Assembly (NCBI GenBank): GCA_000002445.1
Contig: CH464491.1
Coordinates: 2,464,001-2,528,000, forward strand
From: Trypanosoma brucei
Lineage: Eukaryota
Length of the DNA stretch: 64,000 nt
Direction: 5' to 3'
Positions within the stretch are counted from its first letter, which is position 1. Each line of letters starts with the position of its first letter. The translations under genes and the position numbers were made by a program. The notes beneath the pieces were generated by a model. That model ran no database searches. It saw only the letters and a program-made list of their open reading frames with translations, and was not told the DNA's origin. Shown here piece by piece: positions 40,312 to 51,000 of the stretch.

Positions 40312-43014
40312 ATGAGGGTGGGGTGGACAACTCGCTCCCCAGTGAAGTCAAAATGGATATGGGAACTTGAGCCGAGCAGGCTCCGCGCTATCGACTTTTT
40401 TACCTACCGTCTCGGGCTTTTCAGCGATCCCTCCACGAAGTGTACCAGGAAGGTCGCAGTCGACGGTAGCAACGGCAAAATAAGCAATAAAAAACGAAAT
40501 GCGAATCGATTAAACAAACTGTCTGAACCTTTGAGCCCTATTCCGTCACCCTATGGCGGGGAGCTTACGAAGGCGCACAATACCGCAGGCGATGGATGCA
40601 GTAGGATTTTCTCATTCTCTCCCTTGAAGCTGATGCAACGGATGATGCGCGAGTGGGAAGAAGAGCAGCGAGAGCTTTTGTCGCGAGATGAAGAAATCCT
40701 GGCAAGGGAAGAAGCGCAAATGGCTTCTATTATGAAGCATCCATCCGCATTGTTCGGGGATGAAGCAGCGGTCCTGTACAAATTTGGCATGGGTGCCTTC
40801 GTTTCACCGAACGCACCGGGCTTCTCGGGAATTTTTCGGCAGCATTGGAAGGACTTTTTGGTCACGGAAATGGTCTACGATAGTGAGGGAGAAGATGGCA
40901 AACCACTTTCCCGCGAGCTCGATTGGACTATTCCACCACTTCCTGATTGTTTTCGTTCAGTTGATGAATCAGATACCAAATATGTGCATGGTGGCAGCAC
41001 GGCTAGCGGTGAAAACCGCATCAACAGTTTCTTTACCGTCGATATAGGAGGGCAGTTAAAACAAATAATGAAGGAAGATAGCGGCGAGGGAGATAGCAAA
41101 AGAACGGGGGTGGAACCCCTAACGGGTAATCTGTCTGGCGCAGCCTCACGAAATAAATCTCGACTAGAGGGAAACGGCCAGGATGAGGATTCGAGCGAAT
41201 TTAGGACGGGGAAGTTTTACCTTCAGTGCTACCTCCGTAAGCAGCATATTGCACACAGCGTCGCGCTCTCCAACATCGCTCAAACTCTTCGAATGCACCC
41301 CTCCTGTATATCCGTAGCCGGTATTAAGGACTACATTGGGGACACGCTGCAAAGGGTCCGGTTGCAAAATGTCACTCCAGCATCAGCGCTAGAAGCAAAT
41401 CGTGTCTTCCGCAAGAAGAAGTGGGCAATGACCCTTTCCGACTTCTCATATCATACGGAACCACTATTTCCTGGGCGGCTGTTCGGTAATCACTTTAAAA
41501 TTGTCCTTCGAGATGTGACGGTGCCAAAGACATGCATTCAACAGGCGGTGTACGAGCTCCAGACGCATGGGTTCCCGAACTATTACGGATGCCAGCGGTT
41601 CTCGTGGTTTGGTGGGACTAATGATGCTGCTTTCGCTATACTAAATCAAAACTGGTTAGCTTTCGCGTTCCGCTTTCTCGGGTATACCAGTCGTGAGCTG
41701 ACACTCCGAGAACTGCTACAGCGTGAAAAAAAATATCCGAACCCAGTACAAGACGAGTATCGTCGCAATATCGTACGGCGTCTTCGATCCATCGCAATAG
41801 AACCCAGTGAATTGGATACGGCTCCATTTCTTGCATGTCCCTCCCTTGGTGCCCCGTTGACCGCTACCGATGGTGGGCCCGTGAGCAAGAAGCAAGAGTT
41901 GATACTTCTGCAGTTACAAGGTGCGTATCTTGATTTGAGCGTGATGAGTCGGCGTCTCACAGCACAGCGTCTCTGTAGCTACTTGTGGAACCAAGTGCTA
42001 ACACTTCGGCTTCACCACTTCGGTGGTAAAGAGGTTTTGGAAGGTGATATGGTTCTACCCGAGGTGCTGCGGCGTGTGCAAACCTCACCAGAAGAACGGA
42101 CTGACTGGTACCGACAGGGTATTCATCTCGTTGAAACTGAGGAAGAAAGAGAGAGAACGTCCATTATGAATGTTATTCATCCTGGTTTCTCCTTCAATTC
42201 CATGCGGTTGCCGCAGAACGCGGTAGGGGAGTATTTTCTTCAGGTGTGTCAAAAGTACCACCTGGAATGGCACAGCCGCCACTCGAGGTTGGGGATTCAC
42301 GACTTCTTTGAGCCACCGCGCCCTATTATTCGTAAACCAATGAACCTGCGGTATGACTACGACACTGAGTCATGCAAGTTGACGCTTGAATTTTCTCTTG
42401 AGCGTGGCAGCTACGCTAATGTTGTTCTTACAGAGCTCATGAAACAAGCTCGTTGTGTTGGTTCCTCTGATATTCTTACCCTTCCCGCTCCCGATGCAAT
42501 GTGGGAGTTTGGAAACCGCGATCCTGGATACGTCACATCCCTGCAAGACATATACGAAGGATTTCAAGACGGTGTTGGGTTTGTGAATGAGGAGCACGTC
42601 CTACCTTTTGTTGGGGATGTCAAGCCGTGGGACTATAATACCGGGCCGCTCTTTCTACCGGAGAGTGCAGATCCTGTGCGCAAAGCACATCGTTGGGGAT
42701 CACGGCACCTGATTCGGAATATGGCCCGCCGGGAACAAGATGAGGAGGAAATGAGGTTGCGACTATTTGAGAAACCACTCGCCAAAACACTTAAAGATGG
42801 CGAAGTGAGCTGTTACGCCGGGCACACAGTTCCCCTTCCACCCAATGCTAAGGCGAAGAAAATATTCTTTAAAGTCCTCCGCCGGCAGCGTCGCTACCCC
42901 GGGGCACCCAAAACCACGCCACGTATCAAACGCGGTGCAGAGGTTCAAAGGAGGGAAACGGCTCGTGTGCCGTTTAAAACCATTAACAAGAATACGTGGA
43001 ACGTGACGTGGTGA
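40312..43014 (+). CDS. PUS7: tRNA pseudouridine synthase, TruD/Pus7 family
   Basis: TruD signature GFPNYYGCQRFSWFGG, cf. the NYFGxQRFG motif, following FKIVLRDV. The ORF opens at 40090, but those codons cross two polypyrimidine tracts (40120-40145 and 40253-40310), so ATG 40312 (MRVGWTT) is preferred. Confidence 0.75.
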   Translation: MRVGWTTRSPVKSKWIWELEPSRLRAIDFFTYRLGLFSDPSTKCTRKVAVDGSNGKISNKKRNANRLNKLSEPLSPIPSPYGGELTKAHNTAGDGCSRIFSFSPLKLMQRMMREWEEEQRELLSRDEEILAREEAQMASIMKHPSALFGDEAAVLYKFGMGAFVSPNAPGFSGIFRQHWKDFLVTEMVYDSEGEDGKPLSRELDWTIPPLPDCFRSVDESDTKYVHGGSTASGENRINSFFTVDIGGQLKQIMKEDSGEGDSKRTGVEPLTGNLSGAASRNKSRLEGNGQDEDSSEFRTGKFYLQCYLRKQHIAHSVALSNIAQTLRMHPSCISVAGIKDYIGDTLQRVRLQNVTPASALEANRVFRKKKWAMTLSDFSYHTEPLFPGRLFGNHFKIVLRDVTVPKTCIQQAVYELQTHGFPNYYGCQRFSWFGGTNDAAFAILNQNWLAFAFRFLGYTSRELTLRELLQREKKYPNPVQDEYRRNIVRRLRSIAIEPSELDTAPFLACPSLGAPLTATDGGPVSKKQELILLQLQGAYLDLSVMSRRLTAQRLCSYLWNQVLTLRLHHFGGKEVLEGDMVLPEVLRRVQTSPEERTDWYRQGIHLVETEEERERTSIMNVIHPGFSFNSMRLPQNAVGEYFLQVCQKYHLEWHSRHSRLGIHDFFEPPRPIIRKPMNLRYDYDTESCKLTLEFSLERGSYANVVLTELMKQARCVGSSDILTLPAPDAMWEFGNRDPGYVTSLQDIYEGFQDGVGFVNEEHVLPFVGDVKPWDYNTGPLFLPESADPVRKAHRWGSRHLIRNMARREQDEEEMRLRLFEKPLAKTLKDGEVSCYAGHTVPLPPNAKAKKIFFKVLRRQRRYPGAPKTTPRIKRGAEVQRRETARVPFKTINKNTWNVTW

Positions 43015-43227
43015 TGTGACTTGTTTTAAGAGTTCTGAACAGAACAAATGATCAGTAAAATGGACTTTCTTCCCTGCATTTCCCTTGTATGTGCTCGTGG
43101 GAAAGCAGGCGTGTATATTGCACACTCTGGTCGGTTCCCTTTGCTGTTCAACCTCTCTTTTTTTGTATCAATAATGCCCGTCGTTTGGTTTTGTACTTTT
43201 TTGGGAAGGGGTCAGGCCTTATAAAGG

Positions 43228-44013
43228 TTGGCGGCTCATTTTTCTCGCCCGTGTGCATCTAGTAATAGGCAAGCAGCAGGTTTAAATAGCTGCCCAGTAG
43301 GGTTTGAGTTGGTTCTCCCCTTTCCTCACTCGTATATAAGTTTAATTTCGTCTCTACGCATTAGTGTTTACGCACGCATGTATCGCTCAGTGGGAGAAGC
43401 AGTCGGACGGACCCCTAAGCAGGACGCACCGCCATACGACCCCTCTCTTTGGGAAGGAAAGGATTGTGCATTCATCACAGTTCTGAAAGAGGCTCATGAA
43501 AGGCAACAACGGCAGGAGCGCCACCGCGACGCACAGCACGGCGGAGTCGACGAGGCTGGCTTGGCGGCTCCCCACACCTCCCATATTCAGCTGACATACA
43601 CACCAACAAGTTGGTGGGAAAGGCTTATGTTGAAATTGTTCCCTCGGTATTATGCCTTACGGGTCATGGCAAATAGTGATATTTCCCGACTGAGCAATGA
43701 AGAACTTGTAATGCGGATGCATCTCGCCCTTCAGGCGGGAGACGGTGATTTCTCTGCCCTCATAGCGCAGGAGTTGGCTCGGAGACGTGTGTATCTGTAC
43801 CGAGAGGAGGTTACCACTGTGAATACAACCCCTGGGGGTGCGGCAGTTAGGCGAAACAACTATAGAGGGATGGGAAGTTCTGACGAAGGGGTTGGTATTA
43901 TGCGTGCGAGGTATTCGGACAGTGCAGTAAAGCAAGGTGCCGTCAGCCATGTTGCAGATTCGTCATTTACGGTGCCAGAGTTTCTGCTGAGGCGTCCCTC
44001 ATACGGTGGATGA
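43228..44013 (+). CDS. Hypothetical protein (about 210-260 aa)
   Basis: ORF in the same orientation as its neighbours. An alternative start is ATG 43378 (MYRSVGEAV). No recognised domain. Confidence 0.45.
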   Translation: MAAHFSRPCASSNRQAAGLNSCPVGFELVLPFPHSYISLISSLRISVYARMYRSVGEAVGRTPKQDAPPYDPSLWEGKDCAFITVLKEAHERQQRQERHRDAQHGGVDEAGLAAPHTSHIQLTYTPTSWWERLMLKLFPRYYALRVMANSDISRLSNEELVMRMHLALQAGDGDFSALIAQELARRRVYLYREEVTTVNTTPGGAAVRRNNYRGMGSSDEGVGIMRARYSDSAVKQGAVSHVADSSFTVPEFLLRRPSYGG

Positions 44014-44424
44014 GGTTTCCGCTGCTTTCGGCTGCCCGTACACGTGGACACAACCGCAGCATGGCAGGCAAAGGGCTGGGAAAGGAGAAGCTGGGACACT
44101 GAAGTAAGTAAATGCTGGAAAAGAGGTAAATCGCGGTGGTGTTACATTACTACAAAACTCAGGTTGCACTGGCAGCTGAATTTTTTCACTCCTCTGTGCA
44201 TGGTGTCTTGTTTGAGGGAGATGATGTAGCTTCAAACTCGTTAATTCCTGTTGTTTTGATTCCTTGGAAAGGATTTGGTGAGCACGCTCACATGGTTCTC
44301 TTTTGTGTTTGTTTGTTTTCCCTTCGCACACGCCTACAACGTAAGACACACCAATTCACCACGAGGCGGCACGCCCTCAGCTCCGCACGGTCCTCCCGTG
44401 TTGGTGTGCACGCAGGCCTGACGA

Positions 44425-47321
44425 TGACAGAGGACGAGGAACCATATGTTATGGCCTTCGAGCCCTACACAGTGCAGAGGGAAATGATGCGAACTGTTCA
44501 TTTGGCTCTTAATTCCTGGCCTCGGCACACCCCCATTGCGGCGATTGAGGTTCCCACCGGGTGTGGAAAGACGCTGGCATTGCTTTCAAGCGTGTTGCGC
44601 TACCAGGCAGGGTTGGAGAAACACACACCACAGGAGCTGGAGCAGCACTTTCGCCTGCGGAGGTGTAGGGGTCCCCCAGTGTTGCCCTCATTGTCAAGAA
44701 CGGAAATGTCGTCACGTAAATGGTGCCACTGCAAGGAAGACAGTAAACACAGTGAAGAGTCGAATGGTTTGAAAGCAAATACAGCGGACGGTGAAGAAGC
44801 TTGGCGTGTGTCGTCGTTATTTCTGAGGCAGTTCAGGCCACCGAACGGCAAACGTCTGCGTGTTGAGCTAGTAACTGAAGGATCGTTGGAACTCCGCAAG
44901 CAGCATCAATCGCCGCCATGTACGATTTTTTACGTGACGCGTACGCACGCGCAGCTTCGACAGTGTGTGGGGGAACTGCGTAAACTCAAAGGTCTGGAGA
45001 GACTGAAAATGAATATCCTGGGAAGCCGCAAGCAATACTGCATAAACCAACATGTGCTGAAGGCGTGTGCAAACAAGACGCTTCCTATAGAGGGAAACAA
45101 CCTTGGTGAAGTCTGTGACAAGCTTGTGTCTCTCGGTCAGTGCGAAGCCGTTCATGGCTACGGTGTCCTTGGTAGTAAGGCTATAACTCACCCCCTGAGC
45201 CAAGGACGGAGTGACAAAGTGTGGGATATTGAAGATTTGGTAACCGAAGGTGTAGGAATGGAGTGTTGTCCGTATTATGCCGCGAGAGACCTTGTCTTCT
45301 TCGCCCACATCAACTTTGCCACGTATCAGTATCTTCTGGACCCGCTCATTCGTCATGAGTGCAAGATGGAGGCTGCCCTAAAAAATCACTCCATCATTAT
45401 CTTTGATGAGGCACACAACGTCCCGCAAGTGTGTCAAGATGCATTATCCGTAGAGACGTCAGTGGACACGCTCCGTCTCATCCTAAATGAGATCGAGCCT
45501 CTAATACAACCCACTGTGGCGGTGGCGACGCTCAGCTACCCGCGCGAGTTCAAACTAACCAAATGGACACTTGTGGAGCTACTTTCCCTACTGTATGACG
45601 TATTCAAAGCCGTCACAGAGTTCGTGTCACCTGCGCAACCGTCGGTAAAAACGCAGCGTGGGGTACACTCCCGGCCGGTGGGGGGACAAGATGTCGAGGA
45701 AAGTGAAAGTAACCATGACGTTGAGAACAACGCAATCTTTCCAGGCGAAACCCTCGCAGAAGTGTTACGCCGCTGCATTACGGATTACATACCGATCGCT
45801 TCTAGCTGCAGCCGTCGAGGGTATGGGACCGCAGAGAGTTCAGCATCGAAAGACGGTGTAGCGATGTTTCGGCAAGTTTACGGGATTATAATGTCTCTGG
45901 GGGTCACCTTTAATCCATTCCAGTTCTCCATTTTTTGTCTTTCACTTATGAAGCGTTGGATCCTCATCATGCGCTTTATCATCCAGAAACCGAGCGCCTT
46001 TGTCCTCAGCATCAGTGACCCATTGCCAGAAAAAAACCGTAACGGTCAAGACAGCGTCCCAAGCAGTGAGGCTGGCGGCAACACCGAGGGGGTTGAGTCA
46101 GCTGTGCCATCACGAAGAATTGTTGGTATCCGATGTTTGGATGGTAGTTTGGCATTTCAGCACATCTTGAGTACCGCTCACCGTGTTGTGTTGGCCTCCG
46201 GGACACTTGCGCCGTTTCATCAGTTGGGACGAGACTTGGGAATACCACCTTCCAGTATGGCAACTTATGAAGGATTGCATGTGGCACAGAAGCATCAGTA
46301 TCGATTGGGGGTTCTCACACATACTGTGGATGCCACTCCGTTGCACTGTACCTACGGGAGTTTGAAGGATCCTTCTTTCATTAGTCAGCTTGTGGAGACA
46401 CTCGCTATGCTTGTTGAAAAAGTGGAACTTGGAGGTGTTCTCGTCTTCATGCCCAACTACACCGTAATGAAAACCATCGGGTTGCAGCTCATTTCTCGTT
46501 ACCGTGACGCAGCCCGTCAGATGGAAGGAACACCAAAGTCTTCTAGGTTCCCGCAGGTTTTCCTCGAGAGTCAGTCAGCAGCTGATTTCCCTTCAGTGCT
46601 AGATAGCTTCCGAAAGGCTACAGTTCGTGGCCCAGCCGTTTTCGCCTCTGTTTTTCGAGCGAAAGTGAGTGAAGGGATTGACTTCGCGGATTGCATGGCC
46701 CGTCTTGTCGTGTGTGTGGGAGTCCCTTTACAGCCGTTGAAATCGTGGACGGTGCAAGCACAGAGGAGATACAGTGGGGAGGAGTGGTACGTAAATGATG
46801 CGGTCCGCGCTGTTAATCAAGCCCTTGGACGCTGCATACGTCACTCACGAGATTTCGGTGCGATGGTCCTGTTGGACGACCGTTTTGAACAAATGAACCT
46901 TCAGCAATCCCTGTCAAGATGGTGCCGCGAGGAGTTGAGGGTCCACCACTCACACGCGTCGTTAGCGGATGATCTTCATGAGTTCTTTCGCACTTGCAGG
47001 GGGGGAAATGCAATAGCGAAGGATTCTCATCTCAGAGAAAACGTAAGCGGTGGAAATACCAGCCAAGGAGAAGAACTGTATTGCCGGTCACTGGAAAAAG
47101 AAAACGTCCCTCCCCCCATTAAGGAAGAACGAGTGACCAGCATCTTGGATGCACCCTTTCTCATGGGGCCTGTACTGAAGCCGAAGGTTCCAACTTACAC
47201 ACGACAGTTGAGTTGCACCGCATTAAAACTCATGTACGAAGCCCATGATGATGTCTCCCAAGTTACAGCCGAAGAGCTTCGTGAGGCACTGCGACTCTTG
47301 GAGGACGGGTTTCCGCAGTGA
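44425..47321 (+). CDS. RAD3/XPD-family (DEAH) iron-sulfur DNA helicase, ChlR1/DDX11-, FANCJ- or RTEL1-like
   Basis: Motif I EVPTGCGKTLALL. N-terminal AFEPYTVQ, cf. the FPF.PY.IQ start of ChlR1/FANCJ. IFYVTRTHAQL, cf. the family's YCSRTHSQL. Four-Cys Fe-S insertion (CINQ...VCDK...GQCEA...ECCPYY). DEAH-box IIFDEAHN. VLASGTLAP. SEGIDFAD. The ORF opens at 44136 across a pyrimidine tract (44300-44335), so ATG 44425 (MTEDEEP) is preferred. Confidence 0.8.
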
Positions 47322-48155
47322 CACAGTAGGCAGTTGTTATTTTGATATTAAGCTTTTTTCCTTGGTGGGCATCCCGCACACCGTCTACACCTTGTGTTTC
47401 CTTGGTAAGTGAACCATCGCTTAATAATTCGTGGGTTCGCTAGAACCTCAAGTTCGATGGCGGAGGTCAATGCCTGCCCCTGAGCACCCTGATGCGGAAA
47501 ATAGACCCGCTAACAATGTTGCGTGTTGATTCCGGTTCTACAGAAAGTTGAAAAGGCACCCATCTGGGGGATGCAGCGAGGGGCGAGTAAACTCATGCAA
47601 AATGGGTCGAAGAACATCGCAAAACGAAGGTAGACACCGGCTTTTCTGCCGGTTCACTGCCGACCTCCATATCACTACTCTTATCTGGAGGCATAGAATA
47701 CAGGAAAACTGGTGAGACTGCGCGGTTACGGTAAGATTATTAAACTCTGATGCGTGGTTTCTGGTGCCAGGATTTGTTTCAGATGGCAGTTTAGGCGTCA
47801 ACATTTGTCTCATAGAAAGGCTTTGCGCGCATGAGTCACCACTTTTCCCGAAACACCAACAAGAGAGTATTCCCTTGGTGTTTCCAGTTGACCCCTATGT
47901 GTACCTTGTTGTTGTACATTTACTTTTGACACGGTCAACACCTTCCCACCGAGTTGTATGGTGGGTGGGCTAAAAAGTTGCGTGGATTTTTGTATTCCAC
48001 GTTTTGTTGTTGCTATTCGCGGGTGCGAAGCTCTTTGATATGCGTTGCTCTCCTCCCCTCTTCCTCGGCCCACGCTATGTTTTACTTCTTTGCAAACCCT
48101 CTTTACGCGTTGACTACGCTGGCAACAAGGCTGAGAGATCGCCGGAATCCTTAAA

Positions 48156-49202
48156 ATGGAGTGGGTTCCGTGCACCGAGCAGACGGGGTCGGTGGGCTGC
48201 CGCGAGGGGCACTGCGCAACCTCTCTTCAAGAAAAAAGTACTGGAGAAGAATGGGTTTTGGTTGTTGGGGGATATTGCGAAGGGGAGCGCGACGGCGCGG
48301 TTATGGCAGCGCGAGCAGATGGACTGCCGATGCTACGATGGGTTCGGCTGGATAAGCCCAACATGACGTGGTTCGAATGTGATGGGGCTTCGCTAACGCA
48401 CGTAACTGGCGACACCGCCTACTTCTTTGGTGGATTAAACGAGCACATGAATCACAGTAATCAGTTACTCTGTCTTTCCCTGCATCAGGGGCAACAGGGT
48501 GATCTTTCCCTCGATGTGGTGAAGGTAGAGACAACAGGAGACGTCCCTCTTCCGCGCGCGAGGCATTCAGCTGGTAGTGCCGGGCGGTATTTCGTTGTGT
48601 TCGGTGGTGAAACGGAAGATGCTGAACAAAATAATGACGGATACATCCTGGACACCGACACAATGGTATGGACACGAATTCCAACAGGGCACCAGGTGCC
48701 CAATCCACGACTTCTCGCCGGCCCTCTTGTGTTCTACTCACCCCACGGGTGCATACTTTACGGTGGGGCACACTTTGTGAACGGCGATATAAGGAGTATG
48801 TCTGACGTGTGGAACCTGCACATCCCGCTGGGAGGCACATGGTTTAACGTTTCCTATGGGGACGGCGCCCCCGCCTGTCGCTTCCCGAGGTCGAATGGTC
48901 ACGCCGGTGGCGTTCTGGGGCGGGTTGGGGGAGAAACTGTAGTGTTGTTTGTTGGAGGAAAGGATGCCGCTGAGGGGTGTGACAGAGTAAAACAGGTGCA
49001 GCCTCCGAAATCTGCTGAAGACAAATTCCATCTTCGTCTGGTAGACCCCGTGTTGGCTGGTGGTGAGGGCCCGCACTGGCGGTACACACCAGCAGCGGTA
49101 GATACACGACGTGGCGTATTGCTTTTGGGTGGTCAGTGCCGTCATCCACAGGAGGTTGCTGCCTTCCTACTAAAGCAGACGGGTGTTACTTTGCAACGGT
49201 AA
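48156..49202 (+). CDS. Kelch-repeat (galactose-oxidase-like beta-propeller) protein
   Basis: Repeated kelch-like units: GHCATS...WVLVVGGY, AYFFGGLNE, YFVVFGGE...W, ILYGGAHF, VVLFVGGKD, VLLLGGQ. Confidence 0.65.
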   Translation: MEWVPCTEQTGSVGCREGHCATSLQEKSTGEEWVLVVGGYCEGERDGAVMAARADGLPMLRWVRLDKPNMTWFECDGASLTHVTGDTAYFFGGLNEHMNHSNQLLCLSLHQGQQGDLSLDVVKVETTGDVPLPRARHSAGSAGRYFVVFGGETEDAEQNNDGYILDTDTMVWTRIPTGHQVPNPRLLAGPLVFYSPHGCILYGGAHFVNGDIRSMSDVWNLHIPLGGTWFNVSYGDGAPACRFPRSNGHAGGVLGRVGGETVVLFVGGKDAAEGCDRVKQVQPPKSAEDKFHLRLVDPVLAGGEGPHWRYTPAAVDTRRGVLLLGGQCRHPQEVAAFLLKQTGVTLQR

Positions 49203-49537
49203 CAAATAATCAACAAGGTGGAATCAGTGGAGACAATTTGGAGAGATAGTGCAGTACTGCGCCCTACTGAATTCGGGGTTGTTTCGTTATTATCGTTTAC
49301 GTTTCGTACGCATTTCTTGTTTGTCTTCGCTTTTTTTGGATATGCGTGATGTGGCGCGTCGTTTTCACACAGCCTTTTTCCCTAATGTTAGCCCTCCAAA
49401 CCCTCACCCCCTCAATCTGAAGAAAAAGAGAGGGGCTTTCGTATCCTCAGGACTCGACCGCAAGTATGTCTTTAATTTTTTTTTGTATCATCCCTCATCC
49501 GTTCACCCGCACAAAGTGTTCCAAGGTGTCGATCATC

Positions 49538-50731
49538 ATGCAGATGTTGGCCCCTGGTGCTTTCTTCAACGCATTAAAGGTCCGGGGGGTTACACACTTT
49601 TTTGGAGTTCCTGACCCCATTCTAAAATATTTCTGTGCCTTCGTGGCAAGTCACACGACACCGAAGGAACACATCATCACAGCAAACGAAGGGAATGCAG
49701 TGGCCATGGCTGCAGGTTACCATCTTGCAACTGGGGGACTCCCTTTGGTGTACATGAAAAACAGTGGCTTAGGCGATGCACTCAATCCCCTGATCTCTCT
49801 CACACACGCTGAGGCGTGCAGCATTCCCATGTTTATAGTCGTTGGTTGGCGAGGAGCTCCTGATGCTGGAAATGAGCTACCGTGTGCCGCAGAAGGGCGC
49901 TTGACCGAAGGAATCCTACGTGCTGCTGAGGTCCCGTATATCATTTTATCTTCTGCTTGTGGAAACGGGGAGCAGTCGATGGAAACAGCTCTGGATATGG
50001 CACTGAAGCACGTGCATAATTCAAGGACGCCCTATGCCTTTTTGGTACCACCAAACTTTTTTGAGGAATGCGCTTACGAAGGGGTTGGAGAAGGTATTGC
50101 TGAGCTTCCCATGACTCGCAGGGAGGCGGTTGAACAAGCACTGCGCCAAATAGACCGGGGAGATATAGTTGTGGGCGCCGCAAGCTTCCTTGCTCGTGAA
50201 ATCTTTGAAGTTCAGGAGTGTGCCGGGATGCGACACGGCCCACAATTCTTCCCAGTCGGCAGCATGGGTCATTGTTCTTCCGTAGCAGCGGGTATAGCAT
50301 TGGCCAAACCAGAAAGGCAAGTGTTTTGCTTTGATGGAGATGGCGCATTCCTTATGCACATGGGTTCATCAGCAACCATCGGCGGTGTAGCCGCCATACA
50401 TTTAATAGGTACGGGCGAAACTTCCCTCATGCGCAACTACAAACATGTCGTTTTCAACAACGGATCCCACGATTCGGCAGGTGGTCAACCCACTGTGTCT
50501 TTTGATGTATCCCTCACGCAAGTGGCGAGTGCGTGTGGTTTTAGGACTGTCCGCGAAGAACCCGTAATGGACCTTGGCGAAACTGTGCGGGCCCTTCAGG
50601 AATTAAAGAAGGCGGAAGGGCCCGCGTTCTTGGAAGTATTTGTGCGAAGGGGCGGCCATTCAAACCCACAATGTGAACTTCCCTCTTTAGATGAGAGCAA
50701 ACAAGCTCTCACTAACTGCTTGAGGGGCTAG
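49538..50731 (+). CDS. ppd: Phosphonopyruvate decarboxylase-like thiamine-diphosphate enzyme (Ppd/AepY family; sulfopyruvate decarboxylase is the alternative)
   Basis: FFGVPDPILKYFCAF...HIITANEGNAVAMAAGYHLATGGLPLVYMKNSGLGDALNPLISL...VVGWRG matches the bacterial Ppd N-terminal block FTGVPDSLLKDFCAY..HIITANEGAAIALAAGYHLATGKIPLVYMQNSGLGNTVNPLLSL..IGWRG. A C-terminal TPP-binding region is present (GSMGHCSSVAAGIAL...FDGDGAFLMH). The ORF opens at 49466 across a pyrimidine tract, so ATG 49538 or 49544 is the likely start. Confidence 0.8.
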   Translation: MQMLAPGAFFNALKVRGVTHFFGVPDPILKYFCAFVASHTTPKEHIITANEGNAVAMAAGYHLATGGLPLVYMKNSGLGDALNPLISLTHAEACSIPMFIVVGWRGAPDAGNELPCAAEGRLTEGILRAAEVPYIILSSACGNGEQSMETALDMALKHVHNSRTPYAFLVPPNFFEECAYEGVGEGIAELPMTRREAVEQALRQIDRGDIVVGAASFLAREIFEVQECAGMRHGPQFFPVGSMGHCSSVAAGIALAKPERQVFCFDGDGAFLMHMGSSATIGGVAAIHLIGTGETSLMRNYKHVVFNNGSHDSAGGQPTVSFDVSLTQVASACGFRTVREEPVMDLGETVRALQELKKAEGPAFLEVFVRRGGHSNPQCELPSLDESKQALTNCLRG

Positions 50732-51000
50732 TAATATCAGAGTACGCGGAGGGTGAGAAACGGCATATATGTGGATCAACACCTCGTTTGAGCGCTATTA
50801 AACGGGTATCGGGGGGGGGGGACCTGTGGGGAAACAAAAGAGGAAGTCGCTTTATTTTCTCACAATCAAACCCAAACAATTTGGTAGTACCAATGGAAAG
50901 GGAGGAGGAGCGAGTGAACGCAAGTAGTGAAGTAGAAGGGATGAACCCAACCAACAAGTCAAATGTTATCTTCCACTGTTACCCCTCATCTCTCTAGTAA

